64,000 nt of DNA, taken from contig JBMYUJ010000003.1 in the NCBI GenBank assembly GCA_049605255.1, positions 5,063 to 69,062 on the forward strand, given 5' to 3'. Both the position numbers and the translations under genes were made by a program. Positions within the stretch are counted from its first letter, which is position 1; each line of letters begins with the position of its first letter. The notes beneath the pieces are model-generated. The model saw only the letters and a program-made list of their open reading frames with translations, searched no databases and was not told where the DNA came from. Shown here in pieces: positions 9,194-19,391 of this stretch. The DNA is from Magnetospiraceae bacterium. GTDB taxonomy: Bacteria > Pseudomonadota > Alphaproteobacteria > Rhodospirillales > JBMYUJ01.

Positions 9194-12100
9194 GTGAAAA
9201 AATTTCTTATCGGTAGTTTCGCCCTTTTGATGGTCGCCGTCGCCGCGCTGCTCTCGGCGCCCCTGGTGATCGATTGGAGCGTCTATCGCGGCGATATCGA
9301 GCGAATCGTTTCCTTGTCCCTGGGGCGCGAGGTCTCAATTCAGGGATCTGTCAACGCCCGCCTGCTGCCGTATCCGGCCATGGAGGTGGGGGCGGTTACC
9401 GTTGAGTCCCTGGAGGGCGGTGCCGCGCCGTATTTTGCGCGAATCGATCGGGTTTCCTTTGAAGCCTCCTGGATGGCGTTTTTCCGCGGCGAATTACGTT
9501 TAACCTCCGTAACTTTGGGGGGAGCCCGGGTCCAGTTGGAGCGGCGCACAGATGGCGTGGGGAACTGGATTCTCACCGGGGCCTTGCCCGCCTTCGGAGA
9601 GTCGTTTCCCATTCGCGTGGATCAATTCCAAATTCAGTCGGGCACCCTCCGTTGGATCGATTCCGCTGGCGCCGTCGCGGCACAGCTGGAAGCCGTCGCG
9701 GGTCGGTTCACGGCGGATGCGGTGAACGGCCCTTTCCAGGGTCGCGGACAAGGGGAATACCGGGGCGTTCCCCTCAGCCTGGAACTGTCCATTGGACGCA
9801 TTGACTCAGATCGTCCGGCCTCTTTCTCGGCCCGCCTGGGTCTGAGTGGCGGCGCTGGTAGCGTACAGGTAGCAGGCACCCTCAGCGGCGATGACGCGGG
9901 TCCGACCTTGCGGGGTCAGGCCATCTTGGAAGCAACCAGCCTGGCAAAGCTTATGGGCGCGATTGAGGGGGGTGGCACCTTTCCCGGCGCATTGGATCAA
10001 CCCTTCAAGCTAGAAACGGCCTTCTTCACCGCCAGGCAGGAGATGGAACTGCCACAAATATCTTTGCTGTTGGGAAGCACCCGTTTCGATGGCGGCGGGG
10101 TTGTCAGTCTTTCCGACGAGGTGGCCGCGCAGATCTTCCTCGCGGTGAAGAATCTCAACCTGGATAGCTTGGCGGCGGCGCCGCCCATTCGGACCAAGGG
10201 CGCGGCGCTGGTGGTCGACGCGGCGCCACCCGCCGGTGCGGTGGCGACGGTCCCCCGAAAGCCCGGCGCCTCGCCCCTGGTGGCTTTGGCGCATTGGTTG
10301 GTGACCAAACCAGCCTTGTCGCTGACGGTGGATATCCGCGCCGACGCGCTTATCCTGGGCGGGGATGTGGTGCGCCAATCCCATATGAATTGGACGGTGG
10401 GCGCGGGCGGGATCACCCTCAACACGGCGACGGCGCTGTTGCCCGGCGGCACCTCGGCGACGTTGCAGGGGGTGGTGGCCCCATTCCTGGACCCCCCCGC
10501 ATTCACCGGCAGCGGTGGCATCGATATCGGCACGCCGCGCGGTTTCCTGCGTTGGTTGGGCATTGAGGTTCCGGCGGGCATTTCCCAAAGCCGCCTGCGG
10601 ACAGCGACTTTGACCGCGCAGATCGCCGCGACCTCAGCGGAAATCCGGCTGCAAAAATTGGCCATGCGGGTCGACACCACGGAGCTGCGGGGGGCGTTGA
10701 CCCTGGTGCCCGCCACCAGGCCCTCCGTTGGGGCCAACCTGCATTTGGATCATTTGGACCTCGACGGCTATGCCGGATCCGATGTGGCGGCGGATATCTT
10801 GCGGTCTTTCGCCGCTTTTGACGCCAATTTCAAACTGTCTACCGACGCGCTGTACTGGGGGGGTCGGCGATTCTCCGCCGTCGGCGCATCGGGCACATTG
10901 CAAAATGGCACATTGACCCTGTCCGACCTCACCGGCACGGACGGCGACACCCAGTATCGCATTGCGGGGGCGATTCAGGACTTGGGCGACACGCCCCGGG
11001 CGCAGGACCTCTCGGTGGTTATCACCGCCCAAGAACTGCGCACATTCCTATCGCAAGCGGGCTGGTCGGTGGGGGGCGCGCTCGGGCCTTTGGCCATTCA
11101 CGCGGTCCTGAATGGCGCCTTGGCGGCGCCGAAGGTGGAAGCCTTGGTCGAGCTCCTGGGTGGGAATATGGACCTTCAGGGCATTTTGCGCCCGGTGGGG
11201 GACGCGACGGGCCCGTCGGTCACTCTGGTGGCGCATTTTCCCAAAGCCTCGGCGTTTCTCCAACGTTTGGGGTGGGTCCATGACCCGGAACGGCTTCACG
11301 GCGCCCTGGACCTGACCGGATCGGCAACGATTCAGGCGTCGTCAATCACCCTGGCAAACTTGGAAGCCAAGGTCGCGGGCGGGGCCCTCAAGGGGCAATT
11401 TGACTTGCGGTTTTCCGGCTTGCGCCCGCAGGCTCGCGCGAAAATCACCGGAACAGGAATACGCTTGGATGCGTTCCTTCCTGCGCCCAGCGACACGGAA
11501 ACGGCGCCGGAAGATACCGATGGGGCGGCCACCTGGGCGACCATCCCCGTGGATTTTTCCATTCTCCGACGCATCGAGGGGCGGGCCGCGGTCGCTTTCG
11601 AAAATTCTCGTTTCCGCACCCATGCGGTGGAGCGCTTGGCCTTCGATGCCAGTCTCAATGCGGGGCGGTTGGATATCATCGGGCTGACCGGCGTTGTGGA
11701 TGGTGGAAAATTGCGCCTGGACGGGCATTTGGAAACCGCCACGGGGGCGGATTCCTATGCGGTCGACCTGGCCTATGAAAAAGGGTCTTTGGCAGCGATT
11801 TTTCCCGGGTCGGGAGACGGAGAGCTCTCCATGACTTTCAAGGCGACGGGGACCGGTGCGTCCGTGCGCCGCGCGGTGGCCTCATTGGCGGGAAATGGAA
11901 ACCTGCGCCTGACGGTGCGCAAACTTCCGCCAGAAACCCCCTTGCCCATGATGCCTGGGCTCGCGGCCATCTTGGAATGGTTGGGCGGCAGCGGGGCGGT
12001 TACGGCAGACCTGACCGCCACCGAGGGGCGCCTTTCTGCCGATCCGGTCACCGTGATCGGGGAGGCGGGGCGGGCAACGCTGTCCTATTCCCTCGACCCG

Positions 12101-12211
12101 TTGACCGGGACGCTGACGGGGTCTGGGACAGCGGTTCGCGGTGAAGATTCCCGGTTCAAGATGTCTGTGCGGGGGAATTGGGAGGCGCCCCGAGTGACGT
12201 TCTCGCCGTAA
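9194..12211 (+). CDS. AsmA-family outer-membrane biogenesis/lipid-transport-like protein
   Basis: The 1005-aa product starts at a GTG and has an N-terminal anchor (MKKFLIGSFALLMVAVAALL). The rest is a long Gly/Ala/Leu-rich, beta-rich region with an AsmA-like N-terminal module (VIDWSVYRGDIE...). Confidence 0.7.
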   Translation: MKKFLIGSFALLMVAVAALLSAPLVIDWSVYRGDIERIVSLSLGREVSIQGSVNARLLPYPAMEVGAVTVESLEGGAAPYFARIDRVSFEASWMAFFRGELRLTSVTLGGARVQLERRTDGVGNWILTGALPAFGESFPIRVDQFQIQSGTLRWIDSAGAVAAQLEAVAGRFTADAVNGPFQGRGQGEYRGVPLSLELSIGRIDSDRPASFSARLGLSGGAGSVQVAGTLSGDDAGPTLRGQAILEATSLAKLMGAIEGGGTFPGALDQPFKLETAFFTARQEMELPQISLLLGSTRFDGGGVVSLSDEVAAQIFLAVKNLNLDSLAAAPPIRTKGAALVVDAAPPAGAVATVPRKPGASPLVALAHWLVTKPALSLTVDIRADALILGGDVVRQSHMNWTVGAGGITLNTATALLPGGTSATLQGVVAPFLDPPAFTGSGGIDIGTPRGFLRWLGIEVPAGISQSRLRTATLTAQIAATSAEIRLQKLAMRVDTTELRGALTLVPATRPSVGANLHLDHLDLDGYAGSDVAADILRSFAAFDANFKLSTDALYWGGRRFSAVGASGTLQNGTLTLSDLTGTDGDTQYRIAGAIQDLGDTPRAQDLSVVITAQELRTFLSQAGWSVGGALGPLAIHAVLNGALAAPKVEALVELLGGNMDLQGILRPVGDATGPSVTLVAHFPKASAFLQRLGWVHDPERLHGALDLTGSATIQASSITLANLEAKVAGGALKGQFDLRFSGLRPQARAKITGTGIRLDAFLPAPSDTETAPEDTDGAATWATIPVDFSILRRIEGRAAVAFENSRFRTHAVERLAFDASLNAGRLDIIGLTGVVDGGKLRLDGHLETATGADSYAVDLAYEKGSLAAIFPGSGDGELSMTFKATGTGASVRRAVASLAGNGNLRLTVRKLPPETPLPMMPGLAAILEWLGGSGAVTADLTATEGRLSADPVTVIGEAGRATLSYSLDPLTGTLTGSGTAVRGEDSRFKMSVRGNWEAPRVTFSP

Positions 12212-12310
12212 AAACGATAGCAGTCGCCCGACTCTGCGCGTCGTCACTTCGGCCCCCCAGCCGAACGCGCTATTGTGGGCCCGGTTTGAGTGATTCAGGA
12301 GCGACCTGAA

Positions 12311-13840
12311 ATGCCCCCTTCCGCCGTTTTTCGGCTCGCGATCTACGCCAGCGCGTTTCTGGTCGGGTTCGTGATCATGGCTTTCGAGATTTTGGGCAGC
12401 CGCTATCTCCACCCCCATTTCGGCGGTGGGGTGCATGTATGGGCGGCGTTGATCTCCACGGTTCTACTGGCCCTGATGCTGGGATATTTCGCGGGTGGTT
12501 GGCTGGCGGATCAGACGCCACGACCGCCCACCCTGGGCATTCTGGTGATCATTTCTGCGGGCCTGATGGCCGGAGTGCCGGTGCTTGCTGACAGCTACTT
12601 CGAGGCGGTTTTCGATTCGGTGGAGTCTGTCGCCTTGGGCGCCTTGCTGGCCGCCGGCGGGCTGATGTTGCCTCCCTTGACCCTGCTGGGCGCTTTTTCC
12701 CCCTTTGCGGTCCGATTGATTCTGGTGGACACGGCCCATTCCGGGCGGGTGGCCGGTCGGGTGTACGGCATTTCCACCTTCGGCAATATTCTCGGCACCC
12801 TGGCGACCACCTACGCCTTCATCCCCCATTTCGGCACGGCAGCGATGACCATGACCCTGGCCGGGGTGACGGCCTTGGTCGGGATCGGTTTGGTAATCCC
12901 GCTACGGGGGGCGCGGGGGGTGGGCGCCATCGCGGCCACTGTTTCCTTGGCTTTGGGAGGGCAGGCGGCGGCATGCTCGGGCGCGCCGGTTCCCATCGCC
13001 ACCTTCAAGACCCTCGCCAGCGGTAATCTGGAGACCCTGGAAAGCCCCTATCAGACCATCTTCATCGATAAGATCGGAAATCGGGTGATGATGCGATTCG
13101 GCTACCACGAAAGGGATGCGGAACAATCGGTGCATGATTACCTGATGCCCTGGTCTTTGCAGCATGATTACGCGCGGTTGATGACTCTGGCACCGGTCTA
13201 TGCACAAGAGCGCAAATCGCTGCTGATAATCGGGTTGGGCGGCGGTGTAGTGACCCGCTATCTGCACCGCCACCTGGACGACCTGGACGTCACCGGTGTG
13301 GAAATCGATCCCATGGTGGTGGCGTGTGCGCGCAAATATTTCGGGTTCCGGGAGTCGGAGACCTATCGCGCGGTTGTTCAAGATGGGCGGGTTTTCCTGC
13401 GCCGCGCCAAAGGGCAAAAATTCGATATGATCCTGGTGGATGCCTACAAGCGGCACGCGATCCCCTTTCATCTCATGACCCGGGAATTCTACGATATCCT
13501 CAGCGATCATTTGGCCGGTGGCGGCGTTGCCGTATTCAATTTCTTCCGGAGCGAGGCCCTGTTTCCACGCAATCTGGCAACCCTGGCGGATGTGTTCGAT
13601 CAACTGGATGTGTACGAAACCCGCGATGGGCATAATCACATCGTTTACGCGTATCGGGGCCCCCGGCGGGATGCGGAGACGTTGCAGAAGATCGCCGGTG
13701 CTTTGCAGCGCAAGGGCGGCTTTCGCCATAACCTGATGCGCCTTTTGGCGCGGGGCGGTCCGGCCCCCGAACCCGTTTCCGACGCCCAAATCCTCACGGA
13801 TGACTTCGCCCCCGTCGGGGTCTTATCTGGCGAGCAATAA
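12311..13840 (+). CDS. Fused polytopic-membrane / spermidine-synthase-like protein (paralog 1, degenerate active-site motifs)
   Basis: The ATG at 12311 follows an AGGAG SD. About 200 aa of TM helices are followed by a class-I methyltransferase/SpeE-like fold (LLIIGLGGGVVTRYL, VEIDP, ILVDAY). The canonical GGGDG and D-x-x-DP motifs are not conserved. Confidence 0.75.
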   Translation: MPPSAVFRLAIYASAFLVGFVIMAFEILGSRYLHPHFGGGVHVWAALISTVLLALMLGYFAGGWLADQTPRPPTLGILVIISAGLMAGVPVLADSYFEAVFDSVESVALGALLAAGGLMLPPLTLLGAFSPFAVRLILVDTAHSGRVAGRVYGISTFGNILGTLATTYAFIPHFGTAAMTMTLAGVTALVGIGLVIPLRGARGVGAIAATVSLALGGQAAACSGAPVPIATFKTLASGNLETLESPYQTIFIDKIGNRVMMRFGYHERDAEQSVHDYLMPWSLQHDYARLMTLAPVYAQERKSLLIIGLGGGVVTRYLHRHLDDLDVTGVEIDPMVVACARKYFGFRESETYRAVVQDGRVFLRRAKGQKFDMILVDAYKRHAIPFHLMTREFYDILSDHLAGGGVAVFNFFRSEALFPRNLATLADVFDQLDVYETRDGHNHIVYAYRGPRRDAETLQKIAGALQRKGGFRHNLMRLLARGGPAPEPVSDAQILTDDFAPVGVLSGEQ

Positions 13841-13844
13841 AACC

Positions 13845-14108
13845 TTAGGCGTGGCTTTTGATGATTTCCGTCAAGGTGACGGCAAGATGGTCATCCACCA
13901 CCACGACCTCGCCTTTCGCGACCAAACGGCCGTTGACCAGAAGGTCCACAGGGTCTTCGATCCCCCGGTCCAAGACTACGACGGCGCCCCGGCCGAGCTT
14001 GAGAAGCTGGCTTACTTGCAAGGTTGCCCGCCCCAACACCGCCGACATATCGGCCTGGACGTCGTAAACGGCATCCAGTGGCGCTTGATTTTTGTCATCA
14101 TCTGCCAT
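13845..14108 (-). CDS. fliN: FliN/SpoA-domain flagellar motor switch protein (stand-alone)
   Basis: From the ATG at 14108 the product is 87 aa. The SpoA domain reads LGRATLQVSQLLKLGRGAVVVLDRGIEDPVDLLVNGRLVAKGEVVVVDDHLAVTLTEI. The upstream 38 codons of the ORF are probably not translated. Confidence 0.75.
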   Translation of the reverse strand: MADDDKNQAPLDAVYDVQADMSAVLGRATLQVSQLLKLGRGAVVVLDRGIEDPVDLLVNGRLVAKGEVVVVDDHLAVTLTEIIKSHA

Positions 14109-14270
14109 GGGGCCTGATCCTTGCGCGATTTCTTTAAAATCCGGTGAATCTTGGCCCGTGGTGGCGCAGACCGCAAGCAAAACCGTTTTTGCCTCGGAAA
14201 TCGTATGTTTCGGCCTTGACACGTTGAGGCGTCTGGACTACCAAACGCTTCCTTCTCGTGAGGACCCCCT

Positions 14271-14347
14271 GGGGGTGTAGCTCAGTTGGTTAGAGCGCTG
14301 GCCTGTCACGCCAGAGGCCGCGGGTTCGAGTCCCGTCACTCCCGCCA
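14271..14347 (+). tRNA. tRNA-Asp (anticodon GTC)
   Basis: A 77-nt cloverleaf was folded by hand. The acceptor is GGGGGTG/CACTCCC, the D arm GCTC-AGTTGGTTA-GAGC, and the anticodon arm CTGGC-CTGTCAC-GCCAG. The T arm is GCGGG-TTCGAGT-CCCGT, with discriminator G and an encoded CCA. Confidence 0.95.
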
Positions 14348-14734
14348 TTCACTATCGTCTGGGTTCCTCCAAACTTCCTCTTTTTTCCGCTCCTATAATG
14401 TTTCGCCGCTTGGCGTGCCGTGGAAACGGAGTCGCTGCGTGTTTGGGGAGCCAACTGGCACCAAGGGACCTTGACACCCGGGGCTTGCTGGACTACACGA
14501 ACGAAGGCTCCGTTCCCATCTTTCGTTGCGTGAATCATGCGTTAAGGGGAAGGGCGGCGGGGCCTGCTGATCGTTCGGCACTGGTTATTTGGGGATGTGT
14601 CTGCGATCGGTTTTCCTGTCGGCCCCGGTCTTAGGTGGCTGGCGTGGGTGCGCGGTCGCGTTATCCATTTTCAAATCCTGGGCGGCGGCACTCTCTGGCT
14701 GTCGCCGTAACGACATAACCAGGGGGCGGTTTAC

Positions 14735-15100
14735 ATGGAAACCATGTTGCAGGAATACCTGCCGATCCTGATCTTCCTGGGGATCGCCATCGGCATGGCG
14801 GTCGCGATGATCATTGCATCGTTCGTTTTGGTCAAACAGCATCCCGATCCAGAGAAAAACGCCATATACGAATGCGGCTTCGATGCTTTCGATGATGCCC
14901 GCGGGCGTTTCGATGTGCGGTTTTATCTGGTCTCGATCCTGTTCATCATATTCGATCTGGAGGTTGCCTTCCTGTTTCCCTGGGCAGTCAGCCTGGGCAC
15001 CATCGGGGTGTTTGGCTTCTGGTCGATGATGATCTTTTTGGGCGTGTTGACGATCGGCTTCATTTACGAATGGCGGAAGGGAGCGTTGGAATGGGAGTAG
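14735..15100 (+). CDS. nuoA: NADH-quinone oxidoreductase subunit A
   Basis: The 121-aa 3-TM protein contains the YECGF motif and is the first gene of the contiguous nuo operon. Confidence 0.95.
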   Translation: METMLQEYLPILIFLGIAIGMAVAMIIASFVLVKQHPDPEKNAIYECGFDAFDDARGRFDVRFYLVSILFIIFDLEVAFLFPWAVSLGTIGVFGFWSMMIFLGVLTIGFIYEWRKGALEWE

Positions 15101-15642
15101 AACCGAATTCCCCGGGTGGGCTTCAGCCGATTCCACCGGGTCCGGATCAGGACGCCCTGCTAAAACATGTGGGCGAGGAATTCGCCAACCGTGGCTTCAT
15201 GACCGCCAAGCTGGATTGGGTGGTGAACTGGGCCCGCACCGGGTCTATGTGGCCGCTCACTTTTGGTCTGGCCTGCTGCGCCATGGAGATGATCCAGGCC
15301 TATTGCAGCCGGTACGATCTTGACCGGTTCGGCATTGTGCCCCGCCCCAGCCCCCGTCAGGCAGACGTGATCATCGTCGCCGGCACCCTCACCAACAAAA
15401 TGGCCCCCGCCTTCCGCCGGGTTTATGACCAGATGGCGGAACCCCGGTATGTGATCTCCATGGGATCCTGCGCCAATGGGGGCGGCTATTATCACTATTC
15501 CTATTCGGTGGTCCGCGGGTGTGACCGCGTGGTGCCGGTGGATATCTACGTCCCCGGATGCCCGCCGACGGCAGAGGCCCTGGTTTACGGGCTTTTGCAG
15601 CTCCAGCGAAAGATTCGCCGGACTGGGACCCTTTGGCGCTGA
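15091..15642 (+). CDS. nuoB: NADH-quinone oxidoreductase subunit B
   Basis: The product has the GLACCAMEM and GCPP N2-cluster motifs. I chose the ATG at 15091, which overlaps the nuoA stop, but the start could be the upstream in-frame codon at 15070. Confidence 0.9.
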   Translation: MGVEPNSPGGLQPIPPGPDQDALLKHVGEEFANRGFMTAKLDWVVNWARTGSMWPLTFGLACCAMEMIQAYCSRYDLDRFGIVPRPSPRQADVIIVAGTLTNKMAPAFRRVYDQMAEPRYVISMGSCANGGGYYHYSYSVVRGCDRVVPVDIYVPGCPPTAEALVYGLLQLQRKIRRTGTLWR

Positions 15643-15661
15643 TGACCCCCTGCGAGGCAAG

Positions 15662-16279
15662 ATGACCCAACAACTTATTGACCTCGGCGACTATATCGCG
15701 ACGGCCCTCTCCGATGACGTCATCGGTCATGAGGTCCGCCTCGGTGAATTGATGGTGCGGGTGCGCCGGGACTCCATCACCAAGGTGCTGATTTTCCTGC
15801 GTGACGATACCAACTGCCTGTTCAAACAGTTGGTGGATGTGTGCGGTGTCGACTATCCCGAACGGGATGAGCGGTTCGAGGTGGTCTATAACCTGTTGAG
15901 CCTGACCCATAATTTGCGGGTGCGCATCAAGGTGACCACCGACGAGGAAACCCCGGTACCGTCGGTGGTGCCGGTGCATAGCGGCGCCAACTGGTTCGAG
16001 CGGGAAACCTGGGACATGTATGGCGTGATGTTCGCCGGGCATCCCGATCTACGCAGGATATTGACCGATTACGGCTTTGAAGGGCATCCGCTGCGCAAGG
16101 ATTTTCCGCTCACCGGTTATGTGGAACTGCGCTACGACGAGGATCTGAAGCGGGTGGTTTACGAACCCGTGAAGCTGACCCAAGACTTCCGCACCTTTGA
16201 TTTCATGAGCCCGTGGGAGGCCATGACCCAGGTGCTGCCGGGTGACGAGAAGGCCGATCAGAATGAGGAGAAGTCGTAG
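15662..16279 (+). CDS. nuoC: NADH-quinone oxidoreductase subunit C
   Basis: From the ATG at 15662 the product starts [12 protein letters not shown] and contains [10 protein letters not shown] and the 30-kDa subunit signature. Confidence 0.93.
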   Translation: MTQQLIDLGDYIATALSDDVIGHEVRLGELMVRVRRDSITKVLIFLRDDTNCLFKQLVDVCGVDYPERDERFEVVYNLLSLTHNLRVRIKVTTDEETPVPSVVPVHSGANWFERETWDMYGVMFAGHPDLRRILTDYGFEGHPLRKDFPLTGYVELRYDEDLKRVVYEPVKLTQDFRTFDFMSPWEAMTQVLPGDEKADQNEEKS

Positions 16280-17461
16280 ATGTCCCATGCGGCGATCAAG
16301 AACTTCACGCTGAACTTCGGCCCGCAACACCCCTCCGCGCATGGTGTGCTCCGTCTGGTTCTGGAAATGGACGGCGAGATTGTGGAACGGGCCGATCCGC
16401 ATATCGGGCTGTTGCACCGGGGCACGGAAAAGCTCATCGAGAACAAGACCTATCACCAATGTATTCCGTATTTCGACCGGCTGGATTACGTCTGCCCCCA
16501 TAACCAGGAATATACCTTCGTGCTCGCCGTTGAAAAATTGGCGGGGGTCGAGGTGCCGTTGCGGGCGCAGTATTTGCGGGTCATGTTCGCCGAGCTGGGC
16601 CGCATCGAAAATCACATCTTCAACCTGTGCGCCTATGCCATGGATGTGGGCGCCATGACCCCCATGCTGTGGGGGTACGAGGAACGGGAATACATCTTCG
16701 AATTCCTGGAGCGGGCGTCGGGCGCCCGGCTGCACCGGAACTATTACCGGGTCGGTGGTGTCGCCCAGGATGTGCCGCAGCAATTGCTGGATGATATCCA
16801 TGCCTGGAATAACGGGCGTTTTCCGGCCTTCCAAAAGGATCTGGAAATCCTGTTGACGGAAAACCGGATCTGGAAGCAGCGCACCGTGGGCATCGGCGCC
16901 CTGACGGTGGATCAGGCCCTGGACTGGGGCTTTACGGGGCCAAACCTGCGGGCGGCGGGCCTGCCCTGGGATATCCGCAAGGCGCAGCCCTACGACGTTT
17001 ACGAAAAGATGGACTTCGACATTCCCGTAGGAACGTCGGGGGATTGCTACGAGCGGTTCCTTGTGCGGCTGCGGGAAATGGAAGAAAGCCGCAAGATCAT
17101 CAACCAGTGCTTGGAAGCGATGCCCGGTGGCCCGTCGATTTCCGACGACCGGCGCGTGGCGCCGCCGCCCCGGGCGGAGATGAAGCGGTCCATGGAAGCG
17201 CTGATCCATCACTTTAAGCTCTATACCGAGGGCATGCATGTGCCGGCGGGGGAAACCTATTTCGCGACCGAAGCGCCGAAGGGGGAATTCGCCGTCTATC
17301 TGGTGGCGGATGGCACCAACCGGCCCTACCGTTGCAAGATCCGGGCGCCCGGCTTCGTGAGTCTGCAAGGGATCGATCTTTTGTCGCGCGGTCATATGCT
17401 GGCCGACGTGGTGTGCAACATCGGCGCCGTGGACGTCGTGTTCGGGGAAATCGACCGATGA
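16280..17461 (+). CDS. nuoD: NADH-quinone oxidoreductase subunit D
   Basis: The 393-aa product has [15 protein letters not shown] and the 49-kDa subunit signature. Its ATG abuts the nuoC stop. Confidence 0.97.
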   Translation: MSHAAIKNFTLNFGPQHPSAHGVLRLVLEMDGEIVERADPHIGLLHRGTEKLIENKTYHQCIPYFDRLDYVCPHNQEYTFVLAVEKLAGVEVPLRAQYLRVMFAELGRIENHIFNLCAYAMDVGAMTPMLWGYEEREYIFEFLERASGARLHRNYYRVGGVAQDVPQQLLDDIHAWNNGRFPAFQKDLEILLTENRIWKQRTVGIGALTVDQALDWGFTGPNLRAAGLPWDIRKAQPYDVYEKMDFDIPVGTSGDCYERFLVRLREMEESRKIINQCLEAMPGGPSISDDRRVAPPPRAEMKRSMEALIHHFKLYTEGMHVPAGETYFATEAPKGEFAVYLVADGTNRPYRCKIRAPGFVSLQGIDLLSRGHMLADVVCNIGAVDVVFGEIDR

Positions 17462-18093
17462 GCGTATCCATCAGCACGGTTGAACAACCGGAAACCTTCG
17501 GCTTCAACAATGATAACAAGGCGAAGGTCAAAGAGATCATCGCCAAATATCCAGAAGGGCGGCAATCCAGCGCCGTGATGCCCTTGTTGGACCTGGCGCA
17601 GCGCCAGCATCAGGGCTGGTTGCCCAAGGCGGCGATGGATCATATCGCCGATATGCTGGGCATGCCCGCGATCAAGGTGTACGAGGTTGCCAGCTTCTAC
17701 ACCATGTATAATCTGGCGCCGGTGGGCGAATATCACGTCCAGGTCTGCACCAATATTTCATGCTTCATCCGGGGCTCAGACGAGATCGCGGCCGCCTGCA
17801 AAAAGGCGCTGGGCGTGGAATTCGGCGAAACCACCAAGGATGGCAAATTCACCCTGGCCGAGGTGGAATGCCTGGGCGCCTGTGTGAATGCCCCGATGAT
17901 TCAGGTGAACGATGATTTTTACGAAGACCTGACGGCGGAATCGGTGACCCGGGTTCTGGAAGCCATGAAAAAGGGGGAAACCCCGACAGCGGGCCCGCAA
18001 GGCGCGCGCAAGGGCTGCATGCCCGCCAATGGCTTGACCACGCTGATGGATCAGGCCGATTTGGCGGCCAAGGTGCAAGGAGGTAAAGGCTGA
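17458..18093 (+). CDS. nuoE: NADH-quinone oxidoreductase subunit E
   Basis: The ATG at 17458 overlaps the nuoD stop (ATGA). The product has the 2Fe-2S thioredoxin-like fold with C..C and CLGAC motifs. Confidence 0.93.
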   Translation: MSVSISTVEQPETFGFNNDNKAKVKEIIAKYPEGRQSSAVMPLLDLAQRQHQGWLPKAAMDHIADMLGMPAIKVYEVASFYTMYNLAPVGEYHVQVCTNISCFIRGSDEIAAACKKALGVEFGETTKDGKFTLAEVECLGACVNAPMIQVNDDFYEDLTAESVTRVLEAMKKGETPTAGPQGARKGCMPANGLTTLMDQADLAAKVQGGKG

Positions 18094-19379
18094 TGCTGAG
18101 CGATAAGGATCGCATCTTTACCAACATCTACGGCCTTAAAGGCAGTAGCCTGGAGGTGGCCAAGTCCATCGGGGATTGGGACGGCACCAAGGATCTGATT
18201 GCCAAGGGCCGGGACTGGATCATCGAGGAGGTCAAGGCCTCGGGCCTACGTGGGCGCGGCGGCGCCGGCTTTTCCACCGGTCTGAAATGGTCCTTCATGC
18301 CCAAGGAATCCGATGGTCGGCCCAGCTATCTGGTGGTCAATGCGGACGAGGGCGAACCGGGCACCTGCAAGGACCGGGAGATCATGCGGGCCGAGCCCCA
18401 TAAGCTGATCGAGGGCTGCTTGTTGGCTGGTGTCGGTATCGGCGCCCATGCGGCCTACATCTATATTCGCGGGGAGTTTTTCCGGGAAGCGGAAGCCCTG
18501 CAAACGGCTATTGACGAAGCCTATGCGGCGGGCCTGATCGGCAAGAACGCCTGTGGTTCCGGCTGGGACATGGATGTCTATGTCCATCGGGGCATGGGCG
18601 CCTATATCTGCGGCGAGGAAAGCGCGCTGATCCAAAGCCTGGAAGGCAAGAAAGGCCAACCTCGGCTGAAGCCGCCGTTCCCGGCGGGTGTGGGCCTTTA
18701 TGGCTGCCCGACCACGGTGAATAATGTGGAATCCATCGCCGTGGTGCCGGAAATCCTGCGCCGCGGCGGCGCCTGGTTCGGCGGGCTCGGCAAGCAGAAT
18801 AACACGGGTACCAAGCTGTTTTGCGTGTCTGGCCATGTGAATACCCCCAGCACCTTCGAAGAGGAAATGGGTATTCCCTTGAAGGAGATGTTGGAAAAGC
18901 ATTGCGGCGGCGTGGTCGGTGGCTGGGATCATCTGCTGGCGGTTATTCCCGGTGGCAGTTCCGTGCCGGTGCTGAACAAGGAGCAATGCGAAACCGTGAC
19001 CATGGATTTCGATTCCTTGAAGGAGGCCGGGTCGGGCCTCGGTACCGCCGCGGTCGTGGTGATGAACAAGGATGTGGATGTGGTGCGGGCGATCACCCGG
19101 CTCTCGAAATTCTACATGCATGAAAGCTGCGGCCAATGCACCCCCTGCCGCGAAGGCACCGGGTGGATGTGGCGCATGATGGACCGCATGGCCGAGGGCG
19201 ACGCGGGCATCGAGGAGATCGATCTTCTGGAACATGTCACCCGTCGCGTGGAGGGGCATACCATCTGCGCACTGGGGGATGCGGCGGCCTGGCCTATTCA
19301 GGGGCTGATCCGTCAATTCCGTCCGTTACTTGAACAACGCATTGCCGACCGTCAGTCGGCGAAGAAAAGCGCGGCGTAG
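18093..19379 (+). CDS. nuoF: NADH-quinone oxidoreductase subunit F
   Basis: The product has the [13 protein letters not shown] site, [11 protein letters not shown], and the [12 protein letters not shown] 4Fe-4S motif. Confidence 0.97.
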   Translation: MLSDKDRIFTNIYGLKGSSLEVAKSIGDWDGTKDLIAKGRDWIIEEVKASGLRGRGGAGFSTGLKWSFMPKESDGRPSYLVVNADEGEPGTCKDREIMRAEPHKLIEGCLLAGVGIGAHAAYIYIRGEFFREAEALQTAIDEAYAAGLIGKNACGSGWDMDVYVHRGMGAYICGEESALIQSLEGKKGQPRLKPPFPAGVGLYGCPTTVNNVESIAVVPEILRRGGAWFGGLGKQNNTGTKLFCVSGHVNTPSTFEEEMGIPLKEMLEKHCGGVVGGWDHLLAVIPGGSSVPVLNKEQCETVTMDFDSLKEAGSGLGTAAVVVMNKDVDVVRAITRLSKFYMHESCGQCTPCREGTGWMWRMMDRMAEGDAGIEEIDLLEHVTRRVEGHTICALGDAAAWPIQGLIRQFRPLLEQRIADRQSAKKSAA

Positions 19380-19391
19380 GAGCGTTAGGGT

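Noticed and set aside
14271-14347. tRNA-Asp as an integration site for a genomic island.
   Set aside because: There is no integrase, no direct repeat of the tRNA 3' end, and no compositional shift on either side. The flanking genes are fliN and the nuo operon.
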